DNA from: an uncultured Chthonomonadaceae bacterium
Lineage (GTDB): Bacteria; Armatimonadota; Chthonomonadetes; Chthonomonadales; Chthonomonadaceae
Reading direction: 5' to 3'
NCBI GenBank assembly: GCA_963817895.1
Contig: CAWFQB010000005.1
Span: 512,001-576,000, forward strand
Length of the DNA stretch: 64,000 nt
The notes under the pieces: model-generated
What the model was told of the DNA's origin: nothing
The model's database searches: none
The model's input: only the letters and a program-made list of their open reading frames with translations
Part shown: positions 42,791-53,067 of the stretch, in pieces
Layout: each line of letters opens with the position of its first letter
Numbering within the stretch: position 1 is the first letter of the stretch
Program-made: the position numbers and the translations under genes

Positions 42791-43999
42791 CTACGGAGTC
42801 CAGTCCGCGATAAACACATTGGTTTCGTGCGGCACAGCGCCGTGACGGTTCGAGGCCCACACCAGTCTTTTGCCGTCCGGGCTGAAGTTGGGAAAGCCGT
42901 CGAACTGGCCGCCCCAGGTAATCTGTTCCGGGACGCTGTTGGTATCCGGGGTCCCATCCGGGTTGTCAATGCGCAGGGTGTACACATCAAAACCCCGGCG
43001 TTTTGCGTCCCCCCGGTTGGACGCGTAAATCAGGCTATGTCCGTCCGGCGTCCAGCTTGGGCCGAAACTGGCGATGTTGGCGTCTCGGTCATTGGTGATG
43101 CGCCGCTTCCCACCCCCGTCGCCGTTCATTACGTATAAGTCGAGCGTGGTAGGCCGTATCAGATGTTGCTTGAACAACCGTAGATAGTCGGCCTTTTCCG
43201 TATCCGTCACGGGATGATAAGCGCGGTAGCAGATGCGCTTGCCGTCCGGCGACCACCAGGGGCCGCCATCGTATCCCAGATCATGCGTCAGTTGTCTGGC
43301 ATGGCTGCCGTCCACATTCATCACCCAGATGTCTAAATCGCCGCCCCGGTCACTGGTGAAAACGACTTTTTTGCCGTCCGGCGACAGAACACTCTCTGCA
43401 TTATAGCCGGGTTCCTCATTTTTCTTCAGCTTTGTTGGGAAAAGCGGCTTCAAATCGCTGCCGTCCGCGTTCGCCGTATAAATGCGGTAGGTCGGATAGA
43501 CCGGCCACACATAGCCGAGCGAGTTATCCGGTTTGGGCGGGCAGGCCGGGTCGGACGCATGGGTGGAGGAGAACAACACGCGCTTGCCGTCTTTCATCCA
43601 CCAGCCGCAAGTGGTGCGTCCCGTCCCTGTGCTGACGCGATTCGTAACTCCGCTGCCAATATCCATGACGAATTCCTGATCACATTCGTGACCGTCGCGC
43701 TGCGATTGCAGCACCAGCTTTGTGCCGTCAGGACTGAAATAGGCTTCGGCATTTTCGCCCCCGGAAGTTAGCTGCCGGACATTCGCCAGATGCGTTTCGC
43801 GGGCATCATGGAGTGCGGCAAGCGGGCCGTTGGTTTGAACGTTGCCCTCAACCCCCCGCCCCTTCTCCCAAAAAGGCCTGGGAGAAGGGGAGTAGTTAGG
43901 AGTATGCGCGATTGCTTGCGCGGCGAACCATGCGCAGGCCAGCGTCAGGGCGGGAGCGACAATACGGCGGGGTAAGCGCGTCGGATTCAGGGGACGCAT
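42791..43999 (-). CDS. TolB-like PD40 beta-propeller exported protein
   Basis: QLTSGGENAEAYFSPDG, GYDGGPWWSPDG, FDGFPNFSPDG...ETNVFIADW; AAGGAG RBS before 43999. Confidence 0.9.
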   Translation of the reverse strand: MRPLNPTRLPRRIVAPALTLACAWFAAQAIAHTPNYSPSPRPFWEKGRGVEGNVQTNGPLAALHDARETHLANVRQLTSGGENAEAYFSPDGTKLVLQSQRDGHECDQEFVMDIGSGVTNRVSTGTGRTTCGWWMKDGKRVLFSSTHASDPACPPKPDNSLGYVWPVYPTYRIYTANADGSDLKPLFPTKLKKNEEPGYNAESVLSPDGKKVVFTSDRGGDLDIWVMNVDGSHARQLTHDLGYDGGPWWSPDGKRICYRAYHPVTDTEKADYLRLFKQHLIRPTTLDLYVMNGDGGGKRRITNDRDANIASFGPSWTPDGHSLIYASNRGDAKRRGFDVYTLRIDNPDGTPDTNSVPEQITWGGQFDGFPNFSPDGKRLVWASNRHGAVPHETNVFIADWTP

Positions 44000-44623
44000 A
44001 CTGGCTCTCCTTCGAGATCGGAACTTCAGGCATTGGGAAAGACAAAGAGTGTGAGTGGGCTTTCCGGGCAGGGTTGGGAAGCGCGGCGGCGCGCTTGCAG
44101 CGATTGAACAGGCAACGTTGGCGGCGGAGCCAACAGATGTATCTGCGGAAGCGTTTGAACTATCAGGGACGGCTGCAACCGGGCGCGGCAGCCACAACAT
44201 TGTTGAGGGGACACAAAAATTGTATTTGCAAACCGCGGCAAAGGTTGTCTGCGCAATCAGGGTGACGGAACCTCTACATTTCAATCATGTTAGCATAAAA
44301 ATCCCTATATCGCAAGGGGTAGGAGAATATTTTTATACGGCTCATTTCTATCTTTGCCATCTATAAGCGCTTATCCCTACAGCCGCGATAAATGGGACCG
44401 TTACAGCCTGAAGGTGGGCTGTTCGGCCCATGCAAGTGTTGTCGCTCGACTTTATACTGAAAGCATCTTTGTTTTCTTGTGGAGGAAACGCCATGAAACA
44501 GATACTGATGCTTTGCCTGATACTCGTATCCCTTCCTTTGATCGGAGCCATATTGTACTTACTGCTTGTTTGCCTGCTATATTTTGCTTGTCCAGGTATG
44601 CGTTGCTAAGGCATGTTCGTAAA

Positions 44624-45268
44624 TTACGTGAGCATCTGCCTGATTTCGGCCTTTCGTTGCTCTGCGCTGTCATACTCCGCAGGCTGTTTCGCATAATCAA
44701 AGGCATTCTTGCCTTTTGCATCTTGAATTGTCGGATTTGCGCCATGCGCCAGCAGAAGGCGAACGGCGTCAGGGAACGCTCGCTGCACCATTAATATCAA
44801 AGCAGTACGCCCTTCATAGCCTGCGCCATCTACGTCAGCACCGTATTCGAGCAGCAGTCGCATACATTCCAAAACGTCTTCATTTTGGGCAGGTCCCCAG
44901 TTACTATCCGATTCATCTCCCATTTCCTGCGCCGCTTCCAGTAATGGAGGATTGCCAGGCTCGTAGATGACCTTGTCCCAGTCAATGGTTTTTCGGTAAA
45001 GTGAAGGTTGCGAACCGGTCACAATCCAAAAATCAACGGGTTCATCATAGATGGCATGGTCATACGGATCAACAATGTTCGGATTGCCTCCATGTTTCAA
45101 AAATGTAGACATCAGGCGCGGTGATGAGCGACGCGCAGCGATGCTCATAAAAGGTTGCGTCCATTGATCATCAGTATTGACATTCGCCTTCTCCTGCAAA
45201 AATTTGGCGATCATCTCGTCTTCTTCTTGACGCTCTCGCATCAGTGCAAGTTCGGCTTCGGTACGCAT
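44624..45268 (-). CDS. Ankyrin-repeat protein
   Basis: LLLEYGADVD...GRTAL, VRLLLAHGANPTIQDAKGKNAFDYA; start uncertain. Confidence 0.82.
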   Translation of the reverse strand: MRTEAELALMRERQEEDEMIAKFLQEKANVNTDDQWTQPFMSIAARRSSPRLMSTFLKHGGNPNIVDPYDHAIYDEPVDFWIVTGSQPSLYRKTIDWDKVIYEPGNPPLLEAAQEMGDESDSNWGPAQNEDVLECMRLLLEYGADVDGAGYEGRTALILMVQRAFPDAVRLLLAHGANPTIQDAKGKNAFDYAKQPAEYDSAEQRKAEIRQMLT

Positions 45269-45433
45269 CAGTTGTTTCCTCTCAGGAACAGTATCAGAAC
45301 AGTGTACAAAAACATTTATCATCTTGTCAACGCTTAGTTTCAAAGGAGGACTATGACAACCAAGTGTCACATTGTTAAGAACGGGTTGTCTGTGTAAACG
45401 GACAACCACTCAGATGTTGATAAGGAGAATTGA

Positions 45434-46555
45434 ATGTCGGCTTCGAGATTCATCAGGCAGTTGATATTGGGAATAGCGTTTGGGGTGTTTTGTAAAGGGA
45501 CGGCACACGCGCAGGTTCCTGAAGATCTGGCGCGAAAGAAGGACTTTACCGCGCTGCGTTCGTCCAGCACGGACCCGAAGGGCGGCAATGCGGACATGCG
45601 CCGCGTTCCCGCCGGGGAAACCCTGACCGTTGCGGACATCAAGGGCGCGGGCTGCATCACGCACCTGTGGTTTACCATTGCCTCGCCCTCGCCCGACCAT
45701 CTGCGCGAACTGACGTTGCGCATGTACTGGGACGACGCCAAAACGCCCGCTGTGGAGTGTCCCATCGGCGATTTCTTCGCGCTCGGTCATGCGAAATACG
45801 TGGAGTTCGCCAGCGCGGCCATCAGCATCGGGGCGCACAAGGGGTTGAACTGCTACTGGCCCATGCCTTTCAAGAAACACGCGCTTATCACCGTCACCAA
45901 TGAGGGCGGCAAACAGGTAGATTCGCTGTACTACAATCTCGACTACCGATTGGACAAACGCGCCCCGCGTGACGCCCGCTATTTTCATGCGCAATACCGA
46001 ACCTACTTCCCCGCGCCCGTCGGCAAGGATTTGACCATTTGCGACGTGAAGGGCGCGGGGCATTATGTCGGCACGTTCGTCTCTGTCATGGCGAATTCGG
46101 ATGGCTGGTGGGGCGAGGGCGACGACAATTTCACCGTTGACGGCGAGGACAAACCGAGCATCAGCGGAACCGGCAGCGAGGACTACTTTTGCGGCGGCTG
46201 GGATTTCGGTCGCGCGTTCTGGTCGCCGTTCTTCGGCGTCCCCTACTACGACAATGCGGAAAAGGGCGGCGAAAAGCGGGGAATTCTGAATACGTGCTAT
46301 CGCTGGCATATTCAAGACCCCATCCCCTTCAAAGAGTCGCTTGTCTTCACGCTGGAACACGGCAAACAGGGCTTCGACCGCGACCGCAAGCCGTTCACCA
46401 ACCACTATACCACTGTCGGCTACTACTACGTAGACCATGCGGAGGGTGACACCCCAACTATTCCCGCCTACAAAGACCGCGTTCCCGTCCTGATACCGCT
46501 TCCCACAGAGGAAAAGAAGCCGGACGCGAAAAAACCAGAAGAGAAAAAGCCTTAG
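45434..46555 (+). CDS. DUF2961 / glycoside hydrolase family 172 protein
   Basis: GAGCITHLW, NCYWPMPF, WWGEGD, GTGSEDYF, YRWHIQDPI. Confidence 0.92.
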   Translation: MSASRFIRQLILGIAFGVFCKGTAHAQVPEDLARKKDFTALRSSSTDPKGGNADMRRVPAGETLTVADIKGAGCITHLWFTIASPSPDHLRELTLRMYWDDAKTPAVECPIGDFFALGHAKYVEFASAAISIGAHKGLNCYWPMPFKKHALITVTNEGGKQVDSLYYNLDYRLDKRAPRDARYFHAQYRTYFPAPVGKDLTICDVKGAGHYVGTFVSVMANSDGWWGEGDDNFTVDGEDKPSISGTGSEDYFCGGWDFGRAFWSPFFGVPYYDNAEKGGEKRGILNTCYRWHIQDPIPFKESLVFTLEHGKQGFDRDRKPFTNHYTTVGYYYVDHAEGDTPTIPAYKDRVPVLIPLPTEEKKPDAKKPEEKKP

Positions 46556-46631
46556 CCAGTTTCAGTACACAGAGAAAAGTTAGCCGCGAATGAACGCGAA
46601 TAAACGCGACTTCACTACTGGACACATCTTT

Positions 46632-46763
46632 CCGGGCATTGAAAATACCCGTCTGAGTGGCGTTCCGCCAAGCGTCCTTCGGACGCAATCCTTTGTTTAC
46701 CGAGTTCTGCGTCCGAAGGACGCTTGGCCGCAGGCCATACAGACAGGGGTTTTCAACCCCTGG
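46632..46763. repeat. REP-like palindromic element (GCGTCCGAAGGACGC family)
   Basis: Two inverted arms, each with a GCGTCC-TTC/GAA-GGACGC hairpin; a related arm occurs at 49989-50030. Confidence 0.8.
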
Positions 46764-46799
46764 CAAGAATGTGTTCCGTAGTAAAACGCGAATTTAGGA

Positions 46800-48500
46800 A
46801 TGAGGAAACAAAGAATGTTTTCTAACAATTTAGTCTGCAAGGGTTTGATTTTCGGGTTTTTAAGTCTGTTACTCTGTGTCGGCGCAATGGGAGATTCCAA
46901 CGCGCAGCCACGCTCGACACCCGCGAAATTAACTTCGGGGATGCAGAAGCGCTGGCTGTTTATCTGGCGCGATATGAGCGATCCGAAAGAGGTGGAGCGC
47001 GTGATTGCCCGTATGCCCCGCGCTCAGGCGGACGGGTACAACGGCGTCGCGTTCTCGTACAATGTTGCCCCCGCAAAGGCGGCGGAATTGCGGCAGGCGG
47101 CGCAAAAGTACAAACTCGATCTGGTCGCCATTGTGATGAACGGCTCGCGTGACCGCAATTATGCGGAGGGCGTCCTTTCCAAAGACGCGCTGTTCGTCGC
47201 TCAAAATGGAACGGCAACTCTGAAGCAGGATAACCCGACGCGCCTGAACAACGCCGATTTCGAGAACGCGAACGGCAACCATTTCCCCGGCTGGGCGTTT
47301 CAGGATGATGAGGGCGTGACCACGTTTGCCGACCACGAGATTACGCATGGGGGCAAAACGTCCCTGCGCATGGAAAACATCGGCAAAAATAAGGATCGGC
47401 ATTGTCGCATCGAACAGCCGATTCAACTACAGCCGCATCGCCAGTATCACCTTTCGCTCTGGATTAAGACGGAGAACATGGCCCCCGCTGACCCGGAAGT
47501 GAAAATCCTGACGAAGGACACGGGCCGTCAAATCAGCTGGCAGACCTTCCACACGGACAAAACGCAGGACTGGAAACGCTATGACATCGTTTTCAACAGC
47601 CTGGAGAATACCGAAGGGTTGCTGTATCTCGGTTCCTGGTACGGCAAGGAGGGCAAGGCGTGGTGGGACGACATTCAGATCGAAGAGGTTGGACTGATTA
47701 ACGTCCTGCGCCGTCCGGGTACGCCCGTCACGGTGCGCGGGGAGAATGGAACCGTGTATCAGGAGGGGCAGGACTACGCGTCGATTGTAGACCCGCAATT
47801 AAATCCCTGGCGGGCGTACCACGAAGCCCCGCTTCTTAAACTGACGCCCAATACGCGCATCAAGTCCGGCGACCGTTTGCGCGTCAGTTACTACCATCCC
47901 ATCATCATTTATGAGGATCGGATAACAAGCTGCCTGTCGGAGCCGAAAATCTTCGCCGATTGGCGCGAGGAGGTAAAACAGGCCAATACCCTGCTGCATC
48001 CCGCCGCGTTTCTGATGTCGCACGATGAATTGCGCGTCATCAACCAGTGCGCCCTGTGCCAGAGCAAACACGAAACACCCGGCGAACTGCTGGCGGAAAA
48101 CGTCCACAAGGCGGCGCAAATCATCCGCGATATTCGCCCGGACGCCGAAATATGGGTATGGAACGATATGTTCGATCCCTTCCACAACGCCGTAGACGAT
48201 TTCTATGCGGTGAACGGCAGTTTGAAAGGCTCCTGGAAGGGGCTGGACAGGGACGTTGGGATTGTCAACTGGAATGGCGGCAAGATGGGGCAAGACTGCC
48301 CGTTCTTCGCGGATTTAGGGCTGCGGCAAATCCTGTCAGGCTATTACGATGGCGACGAGGACGGTTCCGGTATCCAGAAGTGGAAGGACGCGACCAAAAC
48401 CGTTCCGGGCGTTGTGGGCGCGATGTACACGACATGGGAAGACCGATACGACGCGATGGACGTATGGGCGCAGAAGGCCTGGGGAGGCAAATCGAAATAG
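46800..48500 (+). CDS. Secreted protein with carbohydrate-binding (CBM4/9-like) module and glycoside-hydrolase-like barrel
   Basis: Signal peptide, LNNADFE...GW, YHLSLWIKTE, MSHDELR, VWNDMFDPFHN, MYTTW. Confidence 0.7.
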   Translation: MRKQRMFSNNLVCKGLIFGFLSLLLCVGAMGDSNAQPRSTPAKLTSGMQKRWLFIWRDMSDPKEVERVIARMPRAQADGYNGVAFSYNVAPAKAAELRQAAQKYKLDLVAIVMNGSRDRNYAEGVLSKDALFVAQNGTATLKQDNPTRLNNADFENANGNHFPGWAFQDDEGVTTFADHEITHGGKTSLRMENIGKNKDRHCRIEQPIQLQPHRQYHLSLWIKTENMAPADPEVKILTKDTGRQISWQTFHTDKTQDWKRYDIVFNSLENTEGLLYLGSWYGKEGKAWWDDIQIEEVGLINVLRRPGTPVTVRGENGTVYQEGQDYASIVDPQLNPWRAYHEAPLLKLTPNTRIKSGDRLRVSYYHPIIIYEDRITSCLSEPKIFADWREEVKQANTLLHPAAFLMSHDELRVINQCALCQSKHETPGELLAENVHKAAQIIRDIRPDAEIWVWNDMFDPFHNAVDDFYAVNGSLKGSWKGLDRDVGIVNWNGGKMGQDCPFFADLGLRQILSGYYDGDEDGSGIQKWKDATKTVPGVVGAMYTTWEDRYDAMDVWAQKAWGGKSK

Positions 48501-48528
48501 CGCTGATACGTCATCAAGGCAAATAATA

Positions 48529-48630
48529 CGTAGGGGCGCTGCTTGCTGCGCCTAAAATGGCGAATTGCTGCGCCTAAAATGGCTTGCTGCGCCCTCGGTT
48601 GAGGAGGGTTCAGCAAGCAGAACCCCTACG
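48529..48630. repeat. GTAG-type REP doublet
   Basis: GTAGGGGCGCTGCTTGCTGCGCC ... GGGTTCAGCAAGCAGAACCCCTAC with internal TTGCTGCGCC repeats. Confidence 0.7.
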
Positions 48631-48643
48631 TAAGGGTTCACGC

Positions 48644-48994
48644 CTAATGATGGTAATGGAAATTGAGTATCAGGCCACCCACCACATACACAATCGCATA
48701 CGCCGCGATTCCCATACGTCCGTAACGGCGCACCAGCAGGGGATACCGACGGGCAAGACATTCCAGCAGCAGCAGTTGCGGGATGGTAAACAGCAACTTC
48801 GCCATGACGAACGCGGCGGGCGAAATGGAGGCATAGGCGGCAAGGAGAGGATTGGCTTCCACAACAACGCCGGTTCGCATTAAATACAGGGTGGAGAGCA
48901 TGTCGATCAGGGACAACCCCCCCAGAAGTTTGGCTTCAAGGCCAAACGAGAATTTTCGCAATTCAAAAGTGTCGTTGTGAAATGCCAGAGCCAT
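48644..48994 (-). CDS. DUF5658-like membrane protein
   Basis: LSLIDMLSTLYL.....EANPLL...F...K pattern. Confidence 0.7.
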   Translation of the reverse strand: MALAFHNDTFELRKFSFGLEAKLLGGLSLIDMLSTLYLMRTGVVVEANPLLAAYASISPAAFVMAKLLFTIPQLLLLECLARRYPLLVRRYGRMGIAAYAIVYVVGGLILNFHYHH

Positions 48995-49154
48995 GAATGG
49001 ATTGATCCTTTCCGAAATACAAACGGTGAGTTGCGCATCCATCCTGAGACACGTAACTCATTATGGCGATTTGTCTGCCGAAAGTTCTATCAGGTTCCAC
49101 CAATGTTAGATGTCTCTTCCCTCTTCTCCTTCTCAGACGGCGTTATTTCCAATT

Positions 49155-49829
49155 TCAGGTACTTCTACCGGCGCGGACGATCACCCGCCCCAACGCCATC
49201 GGCTGTACCAGGATCGCGCCCGCTTCCAGCAGCAGTTCGCGGCAGGCTATCAGCGACATGCCGCTGCGGGCAATATCATCCAGCAACAACACGCGCTTTC
49301 CCGTTATTAGTTGCGAGTTCTCCACCCGAATCGTCTGCCGGTGCAACTCTCTGGTACTCGGCCCGCCAAACGTGATGCGGCGAATAGTCGTATGACGCGC
49401 AAGGCAGGAAGTGGCGTCAACGCGCCCGTTTTCCGCAAGCTGCCGCGCCAGAGTCCGCATCGGCCAGAAGGCTTGATTGCCCAGGTGCGGGGGAACGACG
49501 GCAATGGCAATATCCGGCTCTAAAATCGGGTCGAGCTGCGCGAACAGGCGTTTGAGGGGCCATTGCCGGTCATTGTTCAGGGCGTTGAGCAGCCGCGTCC
49601 AGCCTAAATTGCGGCGCATAGCGCGGGCGTCGTGTTCAGGTTGAGCGTCCGCGCCGTAAGCGGGCCGATCTTCGCGCAGCAGGTCTTTGGCCGGGGCAAT
49701 CTCCTCCTGCGGGTAAAAATGTCCCATCGTGACAATTCGGTTGGGCCGGTTGAACCGCACGCCCGCCGGAAGAAAACACCCCGCGCTTTCCGGTTCCGTT
49801 TCCAAATTCCTATCATCGGGTTCCGGCAT
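49155..49829 (-). CDS. Phosphoribosyltransferase-fold (ComF-like) protein
   Basis: IAVVPPH and GKRVLLLDDIARSGMSL. Confidence 0.8.
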   Translation of the reverse strand: MPEPDDRNLETEPESAGCFLPAGVRFNRPNRIVTMGHFYPQEEIAPAKDLLREDRPAYGADAQPEHDARAMRRNLGWTRLLNALNNDRQWPLKRLFAQLDPILEPDIAIAVVPPHLGNQAFWPMRTLARQLAENGRVDATSCLARHTTIRRITFGGPSTRELHRQTIRVENSQLITGKRVLLLDDIARSGMSLIACRELLLEAGAILVQPMALGRVIVRAGRST

Positions 49830-49960
49830 TGCTCATTATCGCCTGTACAAACACGCTTTCATTATTATGCGGACAACAAGAAACCGCGTCGTGTTGTTAA
49901 TCAACAGACGCGGTTTCTCGCCTCATAAGTTCCTGCAAACGCAGTCACGCTGCCACACTG

Positions 49961-50064
49961 AGAGCCTATCCCAACAGGCGATTGCATTTGCGTCCGAAGG
50001 ACGCTTGGCCGTAGGCCACTCAGACGGGTACGTTCTCTGTACCCGGCCTAATGGGATAGGCTCT
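49961..50064. repeat. MITE/REP-like element with AGAGCCTATCCCA terminal inverted repeats
   Basis: AGAGCCTATCCCA ... TGGGATAGGCTCT enclosing a GCGTCCGAAGGACGC arm. Confidence 0.75.
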
Positions 50065-50092
50065 TAGCAGCCATTTGCAGCAACCCGAACAT

Positions 50093-50938
50093 CTAAACCG
50101 GTCGCCCGGTTTTGTCGTCAAGCCGGTCGCCGGTCAGGGCATCAGCCGTTTTTTCCATGACGCCCCGCGTATCCGGCATACCGGAACCGTCAACGGCATG
50201 TCCGCCCGTCTGGATGCCGGGGATGTTGCCCTCCACGCCGGACGCAGCCACGCTCCGGTTGATATGCTCCCCGACTCCGGGCGTATAGCCCGTGTTGTTG
50301 CTGTAAGCGGTGTTGGAACCCGTGTACATCATGTTGTTGGCGCGGAGGCGGTCCCGCTCCGCCTGAAGCTCGACAGACGTGTAGGGCTGCGCGTCGGCGT
50401 TGTAACCCGTGTAGCCCGTCTGCTGATAGTACGCGGACCGCTGATTGATGTCTACCGCGCCATTGCGATTAAGCGCGTCCACGACGGGCTGTATCAGGTT
50501 GTCGGCAGTCTGTACGCTGACCAAAGTGCCACCGCGCCGGACGCCCTCGGAATAGTACCCCGCTTCGTCATGGGGAATACCGATGTCCACGAGCGCGCCG
50601 AGCAGTCCGCCCGCTGCCGCGCCCAATCCGGCTCCGGTCAGTCCGGCAACCAGCGGTCCCGCAGCGGCAAGCGGGCCAAGACCGGGAATTACCAGCAGAC
50701 CGAGTCCGAGCAGGACGCCGCCCACGCCGCCGATTGCCATGCCTGTTGTCGCGCCGGTTCCCGCAGCCGGCATGACGTAATCTTTGCCTGCCGTGTCGCG
50801 CCAATTCGTGTACTCGTTGTCGGAATTGTTGGCGATAATGCTCACGTCGCTATGCGCCACGCCCAACCGCTCCACTTCGCGCAGCGCGGCTTCCGCGTGT
50901 CCAAACGTGTCAAACAATCCTACCACTGTTCTTGCCAT
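50093..50938 (-). CDS. General stress protein (YflT/17M-like with Gly-zipper)
   Basis: TVVGLFDT..AE.A, IPGLGPLAAAGPL, GIPHDEA.YY.EGVRRGG.LV.V. Confidence 0.85.
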   Translation of the reverse strand: MARTVVGLFDTFGHAEAALREVERLGVAHSDVSIIANNSDNEYTNWRDTAGKDYVMPAAGTGATTGMAIGGVGGVLLGLGLLVIPGLGPLAAAGPLVAGLTGAGLGAAAGGLLGALVDIGIPHDEAGYYSEGVRRGGTLVSVQTADNLIQPVVDALNRNGAVDINQRSAYYQQTGYTGYNADAQPYTSVELQAERDRLRANNMMYTGSNTAYSNNTGYTPGVGEHINRSVAASGVEGNIPGIQTGGHAVDGSGMPDTRGVMEKTADALTGDRLDDKTGRPV

Positions 50939-51152
50939 GGTATTGTTCCTTCCAGGGAGGCTCTTGAAGCGCCGACAATGACACTTCAAAAGCGGCGCGG
51001 CGCTACTTTCCGCCGCGCAATCACGCGCAGTTCCCGGCCCTCACGCCCACTCTGGACGGATTTCACAATACTCAGCCGACTGCGCTACGGCATAGACGCG
51101 CCGATTAAATAGAGGGTTCCCTAACCTTCGGACTAGCGACGCTCCCTGCTTA

Positions 51153-51590
51153 TTATTTTGCAGAAGTTTCCTCGTCGCGCAACCGCCAGTAGGCTTGATG
51201 GTACTTGCGAACCCGCTCCATGTCTTTGTCGGTCAAATTGCGAATACGGCGCGTGTCCATGTTGTCCTGCAAGTCGGCCAATTTCACTTTGCGGGAAATA
51301 GGGTCGGGCAGGGCGCGAGCAATGAACGCTTCGTAAGTCTCGCCGTCCCGCGCCGTCACCCTCTCCAGCGCGGCAAGAACGGTTTCCGAAAATCCCTCTT
51401 CGCGCAGCAGTTCCGGCGTCCAGTCCGTATCCTCCACCACGTCATGCAGGATGGCGACGATTTTTTCCTCGTCCGTATCCATCTGCTGCATCATGCGCAG
51501 GGGATGCAGAATGTACGGCGCGCCCGCTTTATCGAATTGTTCCTGATGCGCGACAGCGGCAATCGCAATCGCGCGGGCGAGGGTAGACAT
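51153..51590 (-). CDS. HD-domain protein (small alarmone hydrolase-like)
   Basis: AH..Q.DKAGAPYILHPLR, AILHDVVED, VKLADLQDN. Confidence 0.88.
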   Translation of the reverse strand: MSTLARAIAIAAVAHQEQFDKAGAPYILHPLRMMQQMDTDEEKIVAILHDVVEDTDWTPELLREEGFSETVLAALERVTARDGETYEAFIARALPDPISRKVKLADLQDNMDTRRIRNLTDKDMERVRKYHQAYWRLRDEETSAK

Positions 51591-51600
51591 AAAGAAACTC

Positions 51601-51709
51601 CAGGTGTCAGGTGTCAGGTGTCAGGTGTCAGGTGTCAGGTGTCAGGCAACTTGATACTGCATAATATGACAGTAACGAGGATTTTCCTGACACCTGACAC
51701 CTGACACCT
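51601..51709. repeat. Inverted heptamer tandem repeat (CAGGTGT)n
   Basis: (CAGGTGT)x6 ... (CTGACAC)x3; a second copy lies at 62111-62199. Confidence 0.9.
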
Positions 51710-51711
51710 CC

Positions 51712-53067
51712 TCATGCGAGTGAGCGGATAATCAACCCGCTGTACAATTTAGGGTAGAAGAACGTAGATTTCTGCGGCATTTTGTCGCCTTCGGAAGCCA
51801 CGTCGCGCACTTCGGTCACGGTCGGGTTTTGCAGCAGACAGGCCAGTTGGAACTCGCCTGTTTGTACCTTCTGCACGGCCTCTTCTTCATCACGGGTATA
51901 CGCGACATCCGGCGTGTGCGCGAGTTCCTGCCAGCTGATGCCCAGACAGCGATCCAACACCAGCATTTGCAGAATGGTCACATCCAGATGTTTCCACGCG
52001 AGACAGTGCGAGTCGTCCATAGCCGCTTCCGCCTGCGACAGATCGCGCAGGATCAGGCCGTAGCCTTTGTCGGGCAGAACGATACCGAACCGCTTTTCCC
52101 CCGCGATTTCCTGCTTGATCCACGTTCGCAAATCGGGAATGGACATGAAATGAATATGGAAATACCGCTCCAGTTGTAGCGGCAAATCCTCCATCCGCGC
52201 CGGGGCAATGTTCCTGACCAGCCGATGCGTCGGCAGCACCACCATGCCGGGGTCCTCAAACGCGCTTAAACCGATAAGAATAAAGGATGAAGGATGAAGG
52301 ATGAAGGATGAATCCTCTCCTTCTCGTATCTCGTATCTCGTATCTCCTATCTTCTCCCCTTCTTCTCTCTGGAAGTTGAGCGCCGTCTCATACCGGTGGT
52401 GGCCGTCGGCGATCCAGACGCGCTGCGGGGCGAAGAAGGCTTCCAGTTCGGACAGGAGGGCGGGGTCGGTGTGGCGGTAGAGAATGTGCTGTTCCGTTTC
52501 CGTGCCGGTTTTGCCGGGCAGGTTGGCTTGCAGAAGGGGGGCGGTCGCGCCGCGCGATTGGCGCAATTTCGCTGTAACAGACTGGCCGGGGTCGGCGTAC
52601 AGGCCGTAAATGGGTTCGGGGTTGCAGTGGGTGGCCCGCATCAGTTCCAGACGGTCGGCTTTGGCTTTGGGGTGCGTCTCTTCGTGCGGCAGCACGACGC
52701 CGTTAGCATAGGGTTCCAGTTTCAGGGCGACAAACAGCGTGGTTCGCTCCACAATTCGCGTCGGGTCGAGGGGATGCTCGAAGCGCTGAATGTACTCGTA
52801 CAAACCGGGCGCGTCGTCCTGAACCAACACGCCGCGTTGCAGCGCGTCGCGCAGAAAGGCGTTGGCGCGGGTGTAGCGATTGTTGTCCGGCGTATCTTCG
52901 GGCGTATCTTTGTTGAGCATCAGGCGGACGATGTTGTCAGGATGGCGGGCGTACAATTCATTTTGCTGCGCTGGCGAAAGCACGTCGTAGGGCGGCGCGA
53001 TCACTGTTTCGAGCGGCACTTGCGAAGGAGCATAATGAATTGCGGCAAAGGGGGCGATTTGCGCCAT
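51712..53067 (-). CDS. DUF1015 family protein
   Basis: APPYDV, PHEET..K.DRL.L, IADGHHRYETA, MPQKSTFFYPKL.SG. Confidence 0.93.
   Translation of the reverse strand: MAQIAPFAAIHYAPSQVPLETVIAPPYDVLSPAQQNELYARHPDNIVRLMLNKDTPEDTPDNNRYTRANAFLRDALQRGVLVQDDAPGLYEYIQRFEHPLDPTRIVERTTLFVALKLEPYANGVVLPHEETHPKAKADRLELMRATHCNPEPIYGLYADPGQSVTAKLRQSRGATAPLLQANLPGKTGTETEQHILYRHTDPALLSELEAFFAPQRVWIADGHHRYETALNFQREEGEKIGDTRYEIREGEDSSFILHPSSFILIGLSAFEDPGMVVLPTHRLVRNIAPARMEDLPLQLERYFHIHFMSIPDLRTWIKQEIAGEKRFGIVLPDKGYGLILRDLSQAEAAMDDSHCLAWKHLDVTILQMLVLDRCLGISWQELAHTPDVAYTRDEEEAVQKVQTGEFQLACLLQNPTVTEVRDVASEGDKMPQKSTFFYPKLYSGLIIRSLA

Noticed and set aside
51601..51709. Tandem repeats as a CRISPR array
   Set aside because: Units are 7-9 nt without unique spacers and no cas genes are present.
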